Notes: generated by a model from the letters alone, not told the origin. Shown: positions 39,515 through 54,317, numbered from the stretch's first letter. The stretch: 64,000 bases of DNA from Paraspadella gotoi (GCA_051294375.1 CM119265.1:1360726-1424725), one strand, 5' to 3'. Numbers and translations are program-made.

Positions 39515-42500
39515 AAGAAAAGAGAATAATCCACGAAAATCTCGGATGAAAATGTGGGTTTTGTTTGAAAAAAGCGCGGAATAAATGGCAATAATAAAAG
39601 TTTTTGAAGGAAAAAAATAATCGCAGAAATTTTTCAAAAACAACGAACAGCAAAGATCGGACAGATAGGGACAGACACACGCGAGCAGAGAGACTAGAGA
39701 GACAGAGAGAGAGAGAGGAGAAAAAGAGAGAGAGAGAGAGACAGCCGCCTGCAGAGAAAAAGAGAAGAGAAGAGCGATATATAATAATTAAAAGAGAGGA
39801 GAGAGAGAGAAGCTTTACAGCCTTTCTCGTTAAAGAATCAGCAGTAACTTATGGCGCCGCAGTGCGTGAGCTAATCTCTACCAGCAAAAGGACCCGGGTT
39901 CGGGCCCGTGTTCGAGGCATCGTTTTTTACATTAGTGAACCACATTATATGCCTAAAAAATTTTTTGTAAAAAAAAGAGAGAGAGAGAGAGAAGAGAGAG
40001 AGGAGAGAGAGAGTAGAGAGAGAGAAAGAAGCTTGACAGAGCAGAGCCGGAACTCGTTTTATGAAGAAGCGTGACGAGATAGAAAAGGAGAGAGAGAGAG
40101 CGACATATAATTAAACACGTTTTTGTATTTGTAAATAAAACATAAACCAAATACCAATATTGATATGAAACATGAGAATTTTAAGATCTTGATGTTAGAA
40201 GCCATATATTGAAAATTCAACTGCCCTATGATATCACACTTTCAAGAAGCCATGATTGCAAAAAAGCGTAACCGAAAGCTAAACCGAAAAAAAATCTAGA
40301 CAGGACGGGCTTTGCGCCTGGCTCGATAATAGAAGGATATTTGTTGTTTTGATAAAATGTAAACAAAACCATTTAATACTGTCCTGACATCAATTTTAAG
40401 GACATCGATGATGACCAAGCTGAATATAAATTTATAATTAATCATTAATTAATAATTAATTAATCTTTAATTAAACATTATTATACTATTAATTAATTTA
40501 ATTAATTAATTAATCAATTAATTAATTATATTATCGTAGCAGATCCGAACATTGTTTGCTCAAACTTGTTTTTAGTTATTTTTAAATTTTTGGAGAGCGT
40601 TCACACTCCCATTTTACATTTTAAAACTCTTTTATTTAAAAAAAATCCATATGTTTGTTTATGGTTGTTGTTGTTTATGTCAGTTGCGATTCAAAGTGTT
40701 ATTTTGAAAGCGATCAATGCGACATGCGATCATGCGATCATGCGATCATTAGCGATCATGTGATTCTTTCCTCGGTCGCTATGGCAATCACCATATTCGT
40801 TAAAATTCCAAATTATTTTAAATACTTTGTGCAATGTAACTAAATTTTCAGAAAAGATGTTAGTTGTGTTTTGCCAAAAGTTAATGAGACCAAGTTAGTT
40901 ATGTTAATGATACTGTTGGTATAAATAAAAAAGCTTAGTAGATGAACAAGCCTTAATTAATCAGACATGCGTTAGTTAATGAGACATACATAGTGCGTTG
41001 GCGTTTCATGCTAATTTACTTCCTTTAGGTGCAATTATGTGCCTGAGCAATCAATTTGCCTTTCATTGCATATATATTTTTTAAATATTTACCTTTAGCA
41101 AATTCCGTGACTTTTAAAAATGGGAAAAGAAAATCGGACACAAAACAAATTAATGAAATCGATTTTTCAACTGTTTTTTCTTCTTTTTTTTGTGTTGAAT
41201 GATTGAATTACTTTTTTTAGTCGCGATCTGCTTTCAGCAGATCCCGAACTCTATATATTCACTTTGTCGGTTGTCGGTCACCGCCTCAATATGTTCGGCA
41301 TGCACTTATTATCATGTCAGAATATCAACGAATTATGTAAATTATGCCAAAAAAAGAATGTCCATTCCGTCCGTCTGTCCGCCGTCCATCCGTACCGTCA
41401 GTGCCTCAGTCCCCTCAGTCCGTCCAATCCGTCATCCAATGCAGCTCGATCAAGTCCGTCCGTCGTACGTCCGTACGTCGTCCGTGCCCACCTTAGCAAA
41501 AACACTAATACTCATGATTGGATGGATGGATTGGAATGACAATTTTGTGTGTGGGTACGCGAAATGTGTGATTGACCTGTATTGAAGATTCCGCATGGAA
41601 TCATTTGAGTGTTGAAATAAGTTTAAAGGGAAAAAAAAGAAAAAAATATATTCACTATTTGAACACCAATTACTCATGAGTGGATGGGGCGATTGACCTT
41701 GAAATTTTGGTACATTTGGGTAGAAAAGTGTGTTATAAACTGGAAATAAAGTTTCGATGGAATCGTTTGAGGTGGAAATGAGTTTAAATAGAAAAACAAA
41801 GAACCTATTTTCACTAAATTGATTAGCTTCCTTTTTTCGTTTTTTAATTTTAAATGCTAAATGCAAGATGTATGAATTAATCAATAATTAATTTCATGTT
41901 TATTAATCAATTAGTCAATTAATTAATCAAGTAATTAATCATACAAGTCAGTTAATCAATCAAAACAAACATTTGTGATTCAAATTAATTATTAATGCAA
42001 CTATTAATTTAAATAATTAACATGAATAAATTAATTTATTAACTGTAATTAAATAATTAATTAACTTGAATAATTATTAATTAATTATTATTAATTAATA
42101 TACCGATAATGATCGGGGGCAGATCCGACATTGTTGGCTCAAACTTGATCTCTCTCTCAACAAAAAAAATCATTTTTTCTAACATTAAAAAATTTATATA
42201 GGTTTGACTAAAAAAATAATTGGACTACATGAAACAAAATGAACAATTTAAATGAATTAATAATAAAAAGAGGGTTCAGGATGGACAAAAAAGCGAGAGA
42301 GAGAGCAGAAGAGAGAGAAGAGGAGAGAGAGAGAGATGAGAGAGAGAGAAGAGAGAGATAGAGAGAGAAATCGTATTGTCAATTTTTGTTACATTTTTGA
42401 ATTGAGAGTGAAAAAATAGCATCGTACGTTACATTTAGCTAAGAATTAAAAAAAATTAGAATTACAAATAAAAATGTTAAAAAAATGTTAAAAAATAAGT

Positions 42501-44372
42501 CCAAAAAAAAATAAAGAAAAGAACAAAGAAAATATAAATGCCTCGCGCAGAAACGCAAACATTTTTTTTGTGTTTCTTTTTGTTTTCGTCAATGTTTTTT
42601 TCTTCTTCTTTTCTTCGTCGTCGTCGTCGTCGTGTCGTCGTCGTCGTCGTTGTCGTCGTCGTTTTATTGCTTCGGAGACCAAAGTCTGATGACTGAAGGA
42701 AAAATCTGATATTCAGAAAAAGAAAAAAGAACAAAATTAATTAATGGTAAAAACCGAAACTAATTGAAAAGACGACGACGACGACGACCGAGAAAAAAAG
42801 GAGATCAAGAGGATTAAAAACAACAAGACAACAAAAAAACAAACAAATCATAAACAACACCAGAAAGCTCACTTTCCTTTTTGGGCTCTCTTTCCGAGAT
42901 GCTCATTTCTTGGCTTTTCTTTCTGAAATTGCCCAATTTCTCGGCTCTCTTTTCCGAGAGTGCCCCTATAAAAAATTTCTTGGCTCTCTTTTCCGATAGT
43001 GCGCGCATTTTTGTTACATTTATGGCAATACTTTAATATTTATATTTAATATATTTTTATAATTAATCCCTAACCCTTAATCATCGGTGATCTTGTAAAT
43101 AAGGCAACTGAAGATAAAACAACAAAGCAACAACATCTCTAAACAACTTTAAAAAACTGAACAACACAACAACAACAAATAACAACCTCTTTCCTTCTTT
43201 TTAATATCACGCATCAGTTTAGAACAAACAACAACAACAAACACACAAGAACTTACTCCTCTCCTCCTTCTTCTCCTCCTCTTCTCCTCTTGTGATTCTC
43301 CACAGTCGAGTGAATGATCGTGAGTCCTCACTCTTTACTTCATTCGAATATCGGTGGTGATCGAATAGTGTGAGTGAGTCGATCCTCGACTGTTTGTGGT
43401 GAATGATGATGATGATGATGGTGATCTGTGGGTAGAGGGAGAGAGAAGGGAGAGAGAGGGGGAGAGAAAGAGAGAGAGAGAGATAGAGAGAAGAGAGAGA
43501 GAGAGATGGAGAGGATGGAGAAGAGATGGAGAGGAGAAATGAGGGAGAGTAGAGGGAGAGAGAGGGAGAGAGAGAGAGAGAGGAGAAGAGAGAGAGGAGA
43601 GCAGAGATGCAGAGAAAGGTGTTGGACGAAAAGAAAGAAAGAAATATATGATGAAGCGATTAATCTTGGGAGTAAATTTATATTCGAGAAGTTTGTATAT
43701 AAAAGATAATAATATAAAAGAAAAGAAAACGAAAGCCTCGTTTAGTTTTATTTGGAAATTCATACTGAATTTCAATCTCTGTTTTAATTCATTTTATTGT
43801 TGTTGTCGTCAAAGAAGATCTCTCCTTCTTTTCCCTTTGTCTAAAGTTCTTTTTCCTTTCCTTATTTTTTCTCTTTCCCTTTTTCCATATCTCTACTTTC
43901 TCTCTAATTACTTTCCTTTTCTATCCCGTTTTATCCCATCATGGACCTTTCTATCCTTTTCTATCCCGCTTTTCTATCTCAATAATTTTCCCTAATTTGA
44001 CAATAAAATCGATAATTTCTCTCGCTCGTAAAATTCCTTTAATCTGGAACCTCGAAAATAGTAATTAAGCTGCCCTAAAATTTCTCTTCTAATCGTAATT
44101 AATTTGAGCTTACGACTCAATTTATTTCTTAGAGTGTCTCTCTCTCATTAAGAGTGTCTCTCTTTCATTAGAGTGTCTCTCTCTCCATTAGAGTGCTCTC
44201 TCTCATTAGTCACATTCCCTCAAAAAATCATTTTCCTCTCCTTTAAAGAAATTATTACTGTGACACAATTTTTAGGACATATTTTTGGTTAGAAATATGG
44301 TGAATCATAAAATAGCATTTCGTTGTATTTATTTATGTTATTTATTTATTTTATTTATTTATTTAATTTATT

Positions 44373-44403
<31 letters not shown>

Positions 44404-44534
44404 TTTTATTTATTTTTAATTTGTATTTGCTTTATCAGAAGTTCACCACTTTATTAAATTTTCAACAAAATTAACGCAAGTGAAAGTTGTATTAGGAGAT
44501 AGTTTTATTTTTTTGCTTCAAGCGAAATGAGAGA

Positions 44535-44608
<74 letters not shown>

Positions 44609-44731
44609 CTTACTTCAAAGTGATGCTCGTGATAATCACCATTTGTGATGGTGATGATCCGTGTTCGTGTTTGTGATGATGTAGTGAATGAATGGGATGA
44701 CTTGTGTGATGATGATGAGATCTGGTCGGAG

Positions 44732-44801
<70 letters not shown>

Positions 44802-46036
44802 GATAGATAATATTAAACACATGCAAACGAAATATCCATAATCGTTTACACGTTTGTCAACTTTGGCTCTGAAGGACGAAGCGGCGGCTTCAAGACAGAA
44901 TTTGCAAATGAAACTTGGATTTACTTATTTACTCAGGCTGGTGAAACTGTGACGACATTTTTTAAAACTTAAAAAGTAAATATAGACTTTTGCGTAAGGG
45001 ACTTCTCTCCTCAATTGGTTGTAAATATTCATTCCAATCAAAAATAGGAAGGAATTATAAAAATACTTACTTATGTAGTCATTTGTTTTCCCCCCATGCA
45101 AAAATTATATTATCTGCATATATCATTATTTTCAAGAAAAATATTTTCGTGCTAATTTTTCCTTTCTCTTCTCGCAATTTTCCATTAAAAATTTCATAAT
45201 ATAATTAGGGTAAAGGTTAAGAAAAGGTTAAGGAATAAAGATTAGTTTAGTGATAGGGTTAGGGATTAGCGTTAGAAACTCTTTAGGTTTTAGGGTTAGG
45301 GTTGGGTTAAGATTAGGTTAAGGTATAAAGATGAAGAAGTTAAAAATTATGGGTTTGGGATAAGGCTGATGGGTTTGGTTATATATTTAAGGTTAATAAT
45401 TAAGAGTTAAACAAGTTTGAGCAAACAATGTCGGAGGATTTCTCTGTCCTAACGATAAATTAATTATTAATTAATATGATAATTAATTAATTAATTAATG
45501 AGAATTAATTAATTAATTATTAATAGATTAATTAATTAATTATTTAAATAATTAATTATAATTTATAATTCGCTTGTCCTCATCGATTTCCTTAAATTGA
45601 GTCAAGGACAGTTATTAAATGTTTTGGTTTAACATTTATCAAAAACCAAACAAATATCCTATATTATCGAGATTGAATTTCGGTTTCGCTTTCCCGGGAT
45701 CACGCTTTTTTGCAATCAATGTTCTGAGTGTGATATCAAGGGAGTTGAAATTTCATATATGGCTTCTAAGATCAAGATTCTCTTTAAAATTCCTCATGTT
45801 TCAATACACATCACACATATCAATAATTCGTTTTTGTTTTGTTTTATTTACTAAAACAAAAACGGTTTATTAATGTCGCTCTTCTCTCTCTTTCTTTTCT
45901 TTTAAATATAATCGGGTTCGCTCTCTCTCCTCTCTCTTTTTTCCTCACGTCACTACTGATTTTCTTCTCTGATTTGTCTTAAAACACGAGTTCCCGGCCT
46001 GGCAGCGTCTGTCCAGCTTCTTTCTCTCTCGTCTCT

Positions 46037-46071
<35 letters not shown>

Positions 46072-47413
46072 ACAAAAAATTTTTTTTAGATATAATGTGG
46101 GAGGCTCATTAATGTAAAAAACGATGCCGCGAATCAGGTGCGAACGCCCGGGTCGTTTGGGGGTTAACGAAAGTACGAACTACGGGTCCAGCGCCATGGT
46201 ACTGCTGATTCTTTAACAGTAAGGGGCTGTAGAGCTTCTTCTTCTCTACTCTCTTGTTAAAATTATTATATATGCTCTTTCCTCTCTCGTCTCCTTTTTC
46301 TTCCCCCCTTCTCTGCAGGCGTAAGCGGGCTGTCTCTCTCTTAGAGAGCGCGGTGTCTCTCTCTTTTCCTTCCTTTTTCTTCCTCTTCTGTGTGTGTTGT
46401 CCCTCCTCTCCTGGTCCGATCTATTCTTTTGCGGTGATCGTGTTTTGGCTTTTGTTGAAAAAAAATTTCTGATTATTTTGATTTTTTTTTTTTTTTCCTT
46501 CCTTCTTCCTTCCCTCTCCTTCTTTAAAAAAACTAAAAATTTTTTTATAAATATTTTATTACCCGTACAGCGGTCACATTACTTCAACGTCTATGACCCG
46601 ATATTGAATTTTATTCGGGTGGGAGCGTCAAAGCTTTTTTTTTTTTTTTTCCCTTTATTTTTTTTTTTTTTTTTTTTTTTTTTGTTCCCCCTTTTTTTTT
46701 TTTTTTTCTTTTTTTTTTCACAAATACAAAATCCGCATATTTTCATGCGAGATTTTTCGTGGATTTATTCTCTATCTTTCTCTCTTCTCTTCTCTCTCCA
46801 GGTGCTCCCCGCTCGCGTCACGCGCCGTCCAAATTGACCCCTCTCCCCTCGCCGCTCCCGCCTCCCTCTCTCACGACACCCGCTCCCTACTTCTCTCTCT
46901 CTCTCTTTCTCTCTTCATTCTCTCCTCTCCTCTCTTCTCTCTTTCACTCATACATACACCGCATTTTTTTTTATTGACTATCATCATCGCTCAATGAATG
47001 ACAATCATTTCGCATCAGTGAATCATCACACGCGTGAAATTAACTATCTCGCATCAATAATTGATTATCAATCGATCATAATCATTATACCACTATTACA
47101 GTATATCAATAAATTACATTACAGGAAAAAAATGAATTAAAAAAAAAACAAAACTCAATCAATTAGTATTACCCCGTTAATAAATATCAATTACTAATTA
47201 CAATCAATAATCCGTTTCGCATGCTTCTCCTTCATCTCCTTTTTTACGTTTTCTGACTTTTCGTTTTTTTCCTTCTTCTCCTCGGTTTTTTTCATTAATT
47301 TTCTCTTTGATAGTTGGGGGGGCTGGGCTCCTGGTGCTCGATCTTGGTCTTTATTATATAAGGATTTTTTTTATTTTTTTTTTATTTTTTTTTTTTTTTT
47401 TTTTATTTTTTTT

Positions 47414-47454
<41 letters not shown>

Positions 47455-47798
47455 TTTAAATGTAAATTATTATATGTCTCTCTTCCTTCTCTGCATTCCT
47501 CTCCTCTCTCTCACAACTCTCCTCTCTCCTCTCACTCTTCTTTCTCTCTCACTTCTCACGTCGTCTTCTCTTCACTTCTCTCTTTCTTCTCACTTTCCTC
47601 TCTCTCTCTTCTCTCTTTTTATGCCAATAGCGACGATCCTTATGCTTTTAAGATTATTTAACTTGCATCATTTTTTCCAACTTGCATCATTTTTTTTTCA
47701 ACTTGCATTCCGTGTGTCCGAAAAGAACGTCATAGAGTTGTAGTATCATCTGAGGGCTTCGTGTGAGCCCGAGCTCACTGATACACTACGTAGACTCC

Positions 47799-47835
<37 letters not shown>

Positions 47836-47962
47836 TAAGGTGTTTTCAAATCTACGAATCAAATATTAAACACCATGAAAAAAAAGCGAAATATCATAAT
47901 CGTTTCACGTTGCTCAACTTTAGCAAACATTACTTCTCCTTGAAATTCCTGCACTTTGCTTG

Positions 47963-47998
<36 letters not shown>

Positions 47999-48072
47999 CT
48001 CTCCTCTCTCTCTCTCTCTCTACTTTTACTTTATACCCTNNNNNNNNNNNNNNNNNNNNNNNNNCCGTGAAG

Positions 48073-48110
<38 letters not shown>

Positions 48111-51100
48111 GAGAGAGAGAGAGCAGAGAGAGAGAGAGAAGAGAGAGAGAGAAATTTTATTTGTCGCGTCAAGAAAGGAAAGAATGTGGGAATTTAGGGA
48201 AAGCGAAAAACAAATTGTTAATTGAAGCTAAAATACTAGTGGTTCAAACATCTTAAGACTGATTGCTAATCAATATATTTTTCAATACTAATAGGCTATG
48301 TTTTTTTTTTTTGGACCAGAAAAAAAATATATTCCCACAAGCTAATTAATGAGTTTTTTTATGATTTATAAAAAAAGTTGAGGCTTTCAAATGTTTTATT
48401 TTCTTCCACATGCGCCGCTACGGGTTATATATTCGATGTAAAACGATCATTAAGATGTATATAATAGAGTTTCCGGTTTCATTGTGAAATTCGTTTGGTT
48501 CTGAGTCAGTCAAGTTGGTCTCTTCACTTTCCAAGTCAAAATATTCACGAGGGAAGGAAAGGAGGAGGGAAGAGAGAAAAGGAAAGGGAGACAAAGAGAG
48601 GAAAGAGAATTAAGAAAGGAGGAAAATGGAAAATGGTGCGCCAGCGCCATTCATAGTAAATCGCTTTCAAGAATTAACAATGAACCTGTTACTTAACCTC
48701 GGTAAAATATTTTATAATTTGAAAAAAAAGAATTATTGTCTTGGTTTCTTCTATTGTTTTTCGTTGGTTGAATATCTTAGAAACAGATATTTGATCTTTC
48801 ACAACGGAATTTTATTATTATAAATGCAGACATCTTTCGAACAATAATTTTTGTTCCTTTCATCAGTGCACTTTGAAACTGATGGAAAAACAAAATATTC
48901 TTAAAAAAAAATATATAAATATTATAGTTAATATTTTAGTCATTATTTAACTACATCACACTTTTGTTTAATTTACTTAGAATGAAGATAATTTACTTAA
49001 ATCATCGTTCATAATTTTTTTCAACATGCATAGTTTTTTTTAAACTTGCATAATATTTTCCAATTTGGAATAATTTTTTTCATTAGCAAATTTTTCAACT
49101 TTCATAATTTTTTCAATTAGAATATTTTTTTAAATTTTATAATTTTTCTCAAAAGAGAGGAGAAAAAGAAGGGGAGGAAGAAAAAATATAAAAGAAAAAA
49201 AAATGACTTAAGAAAATTATTTAAACAAGCAAAAAAAAGACAACGAAATATTTTTTCTTAATTTAAAAAAATAAATCAAGAAAAAAGAAATCGGGAAACA
49301 GCCTCTAATCTCCAAGTCCAAAATTTTAGTTGTGTCTCTTTTCTTGTCTGAAAAAAAATCGGGGCTCAGTTTGGGGTAAATCTGAGACTGTTTGGGTCAT
49401 ACTGGAGTTTGGGGTCAGACTGATGTCACTATCGATAAAAAAAAAACGTTTTTCAGTCTAAAACATCAGTAGCGTTAATGTGGTATAGATGATTATAAAA
49501 TGAGTAGTTATATGAAACTTTTTTAGGTTATTTTAAATTTTGGAGAGCGTTCACACTCCCATTTACATTTTAAAACTCTTTTATTTAAAAAAAATCCATA
49601 TGTTGTGTTTATTGGTTGTTTTGTTGTTTATGTCAGTTGCGATCAAAGTGTTATTTTGAGAAGCGATCATGCGACATGCGATCATGCGATCATGCGATCA
49701 TAGCGATCATGTGATTCTTTCCTCGGTCGCTATGGCAATCACAATTTCGTAAAATTCCCAAATTATTATTAAATTTACTTTGTGCAATTAACTAAATTTT
49801 CAAGAAGATGTTATTTGTTGTTTGCCAAAAGTTAATGAGACAACTAGTTACTTAATTAATCGACTGTTGGTATTAAATAAAAAAGCTTAGTAGATGAGAC
49901 AAGCTTAATTAATCAGACATGCTAGTTAATGAGACATACATAGTGCGTTTGGCGTTTCATGCTAATTACTTCCTTTAGGTGGCAATTATTGTGCCTGACG
50001 CACATCAATTTGCTTTCATGCATATATATTTTTTAAATATTTACCTTTAGCAAATTCCGTGACTTTTAAAAATGGGAAAAGAAAATCCGACAAAAACAAA
50101 TTATATGAAATCGATTTTCAACGTTTTTTCTTCTTTTTTTTTGTGTTGAAATGATTGATTACTTTTTTTAGTCGGATCTGCTTTCAGCCAGATCCCGACT
50201 CTATATATTCACTTTGTCGTGTTGTCGGTCACCCCTCAATATTGTCAGGCAGCGACTTATTATCATGTCAGAATACACGAATTATGTAAATTATGCAAAA
50301 AAAGAATGTCCATCCCGTCCGTCTGTCCGCCGTCCATAACGTCCGTCAGTGCCTCAGTCCCCTCAGTCCGTCCATCCGTCATCCAATGCAGTCGTCAAGT
50401 CCGTCCGTCGTCCGACCGTACCTCGTCCGTACCCACCTTAGCAAAAACACTAATTACTCATGAGTTGGATGGATGGATTGGAATGACAATTTGTGTGGTG
50501 GGTACGGAAAGTGTGTGAATTGACACTGCTATTGAGATTCCGCATGGAATCATTTGAGTGAAATAAGTCTTAAAGGGAAAAAAAGAAAAAAATATATTCA
50601 TATTTGAACACCAATTACTCATGAGTGGATGGGGCGATTGACCCTTGAAATTCTTGTAATTTGGGTAGAAAAGTGTGTTATAAACTGGAAATAAAGTTCG
50701 ATGGAATCGTTTGAGTGGAAATGAGTTTAAATAGCAAAAACAAAGAACCTCATCTTCACTAAATTGATTAAGCTTCTTTTTCTTTTTTAATTTTAAATGC
50801 TAAATGCCAAGATGTATATTAATCAATAATTAAATCATGTTATTAATCAATTAGTCAATTAATTAATCAATAATTAATCATACAAGTCATTAATCAATCA
50901 AAACAAACATTTGTGATCAAATATTAATTAATGGCCTAATTATTTAAATAATTAACAGAATAAATTAATTATTAACTGTAATTAAATAATTAATTAACTT
51001 GAATTAATTATTAATTAATTATTATTTAATTAATTAATACGATAATGATCGGGGCAGATCCGACATTGTTGGCTCAAACTATTGTCTCTCTTCTCACACA

Positions 51101-51251
51101 AAAAAAATCATTTTTTCTAACATTAAAAATTTATATAGGTTTGCTAAAAAAATAATTTGGACACATGAAACAAAAGAACAATTTAAATGACATTATAATA
51201 AAAGAAGGGGTTCAGGATGGACAAAAAGGAGAGAGAGAGCGAAGAGAGAGC

Positions 51252-51295
<44 letters not shown>

Positions 51296-51400
51296 AGAGA
51301 GAAGAAATAAGGGAGATGATTGTCAATTTTGTACATTTTTTGAATTGAAGTGAAAAAAATGAGACATCGTACTTAACATTATTAAGAATTAAAAAAAATT
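34700..51400 (-). other. Two noisy inverted read copies of ~26-33 kb (34700-47710) and ~28.9-32 kb (48065-51400)
   Basis: Collinear reverse-complement matches with homopolymer expansions and indels. Confidence 0.85.
37575..40570 (+). mobile_element. Second insertion of the long HINE, in the T-run corresponding to ~30690
   Basis: Reverse complement of 15245-18010 embedded between sequences that are contiguous at ~30690 and ~49520. Confidence 0.65.
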
Positions 51401-51634
51401 AGAAAAAGGGGTGATGCCATCTGGTACAAAATTATGAGCATTAAATATTCAAATTTGAATTTTGCCTTAAACAGACAAGCTCTCTCTCTCACTCTCTCTC
51501 CGGGTCTTTTCATTTATGCATTTCACTTTTTTATTGTAATTTTATTTTTATTTGAACAATTTTTGCTTCAACAATATTTGCTTTTATTTCATATTAACTT
51601 ATTCTACACATTTTTTATTTATTGTTTATTTATT

Positions 51635-51672
<38 letters not shown>

Positions 51673-51718
51673 CCGCTCGTCAAAATGAAGAACGAGGAAC
51701 CAATCGAAAATGTATTGT

Positions 51719-52544
51719 TCAGCGACTTTGAGCTAAATTCAAGGCCGCCTCGTTACTGAAGCGGAAATCTGCAACCAGAGACTCATCGATGCCTGCAACC
51801 TCGACCGTTGATGCAAAAACCTAATTTATTCCGCGGAAGTTGAAAGGAGAGAAACAGATTGTTAAGATGTTAAACGTATTTTATTTTATAAGCAAAGAAA
51901 GTCAATTAAAATTGTTAGAAAAAACGAAATAAATCCACTGAAACAGATTAATTTTTTTTTTTAAATCTTCTAATTTAAATTAAACAAAAAAATTCATACA
52001 ACTACTATTTAAAATATTCTTAAAAATATATCTTCTTTCAAGCAAAAACCAAAAGTGGAGAAATTCAGTCTTTTTGATTCCCTCTTTTCAGATTTGGATT
52101 TCGTGACCAAAATTGTTAACAACATTTTTGATTAAAGGATTCGGATTCCACGAACCCAACGGAAAAAAAAAGTTTGACCGGACTTGTTAAAACTTTCGTC
52201 ATGTTATAAAATTATTATCCTTTATTAAATTAACTTTATAATCTCACTAACATCTAAATATAAATCGAACCGCATTTATAAACTGAGCAACTTGGTTCAA
52301 ATCATCCTCCACAACAAACTTTTCATTTTTGGGAAAATCATAGACAATCAAAGATCACAAGATTTGGGTAAGTCAGCCCAAACCTCTGTACTCTTCCACC
52401 TACATAGCAAGACCTTTCGCTAAACTATTTAAACAATTTCACAAGTTAATATGCATCCAAAATTGTCAACAACATCACGATCACCGAAACTTTCCAAACA
52501 AAAATTAGGACGATTTTGGCCAAAAGTCACCAACTTCGACCAAA

Positions 52545-52548
<4 letters not shown>
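51719..52548 (-). CDS. Candidate last two exons of an unknown gene (~52548-52271 with frameshifts; 51820-51719 VFASTVEVAGIDESLVADFRFSNEAALNLAQSR*)
   Basis: Phase-0 GT/AG join, stop codon, downstream AATAAA (~51620-51635), protein-like composition; a possible signal-peptide exon lies at 54106-54020. Confidence 0.35.
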
Positions 52549-52581
<33 letters not shown>

Positions 52582-53284
52582 ACGTAATCACTTCACCAAA
52601 AATCTTTCGATTTTCGTTAGGTTTTTTTTTTCCTTTATTTATATTTTTTCTCTTTTTTTCTCGCATCATTTTTCTTCGTATTGATTATTTTCCTCCAAAC
52701 AAACTTCCCCATATGTTTCACGGTTTGACCCTTTTTTTTCTTTCTTTCCTTCTTGCCTTCTTTCTTGCTTTCTTTCTTTCCTTCATTCCTTCTTGCTTTT
52801 TTTATATCCTTCTTGCCTTTTTTCAAGCTTTTTTTCTTTCCTTCATTCCCTCTAGGTTTCTTTCTTTCTTTCTTGCCTTCTTTCTTACTTTTTTTTTCTT
52901 TCCTTCATTCCTTCTCGCTTTCTTTCTTTCCTTTTTTCCTTCTTTCTTGCTTTCTTTCTTTCCTTCTTGCCTTCTTTCTTGCTTTCTTTCCTTTTTCCCC
53001 TTNNNNNNNNNNNNNNNNNNNNNNNNNNNNNNNNNNNNNNNNNNNNNNNNNNNNNNNNNNNNNNNNNNNNNNNNNNNNNNNNNNNNNNNNNNNNNNNNNN
53101 NNNNNNNNNNNNNNNNNNNNNNNNNNNNNNNNNNNNNNNNNNNNNNNNNNNNNNNNNNNNNNNNNNNNNNNNNNNNNNNNNNNNNNNNNNNNNNNNNNNN
53201 NNNNNNNNNNNNNNNNNNNNNNNNNNNNNNNNNNNNNNNNNNNNNNNNNNNNNNNNNNNNNNNNNNNNNNNNNNNNNNNNNNNN

Positions 53285-53380
53285 GGTGGCGGTTCTCTAT
53301 TCAACTCCCAAATCAAAGTCTGCGATTTTCCGATTCACGTCTTTTGCGGAAGCAGGAGAAATCCGCATAGGCACGTGTGA
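53285..53380 (+). CDS. C-terminus of a chitin-binding type-2 (peritrophin-A/CBM14) domain
   Basis: GGGSLFNSQIKVCDFPIHVFC matches the G-x-x-F-N-x5-C-D-x-P-x2-V-x-C pattern of the last two Cys; 5' part in N gap; stop at 53380. Confidence 0.6.
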   Translation, partial: GGGSLFNSQIKVCDFPIHVFCGSRRNPHRHV

Positions 53381-53935
53381 GAAAGTTGGAGGGGGGATCT
53401 GTGATAGATGATGGGGAGTTGTGATAGAGGCGGAGGGAGTGATAGAATAGTTGCGATAATGATATGGGTTAAAGTTACGAATCAAGAAGATAATGTTGAG
53501 TAACGATTGTGATAGGTTGTAATAAATACGACGTAATGATAGAGAAAATGGGAATATTTTATAAAAGAGTTGATGTAATAACTAAATAAATAATTATTAG
53601 ATATTTTAATAATTAAATTATAATAATAATAGTAAAATAATTAATTATATTACTGATAGAGTAAGGATAGTGTTTTAAGAATTAATTAATATACACGAAA
53701 ATATTTGTTCATATCAAAAAAGGGAAGGAAAAACCATTTAAAATAATGTCAATTAAAAATTCTTTTGTGAAGATTAAGTTGTGATAGTAACTTTTGTAAT
53801 AAATTTACTTTTGGATGATTTCACATTTAACAAAAGAAAAATTCATTCATAAATAAAAACTTAAAAAACTTAAATGGGGAGCAACGCCCTTGTCTAAAAA
53901 CGACGACGACGACGACGACGAAAACGACGACGATA

Positions 53936-53966
<31 letters not shown>

Positions 53967-54217
53967 TAACGACGACCAGAAAGTCATAATCTTAATGGAG
54001 TTTGAAAAAAGTCTCTTACAAAGTATGAAGTTTGATGTAAAAATAAGTTGATTGATGACAAAATTGTCAAGAAATGACGAATGACAAAAAATACTAATGA
54101 AGACATCGAGTCAGGACGACGACGACGACGACGACGACGACAACGACGACCAAGTCAAAAAATTTAGAATTTGATTCATCATTTTATGCAGAGACAGAAA
54201 AAACATGGAATTCCCTC

Positions 54218-54317
<100 letters not shown>

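Noticed and set aside
34989-44826. Minus-strand paralogue of the His-rich gene
   Set aside because: Collinear with the + strand locus including introns and differing mainly by random indels, so read copies rather than a paralogue
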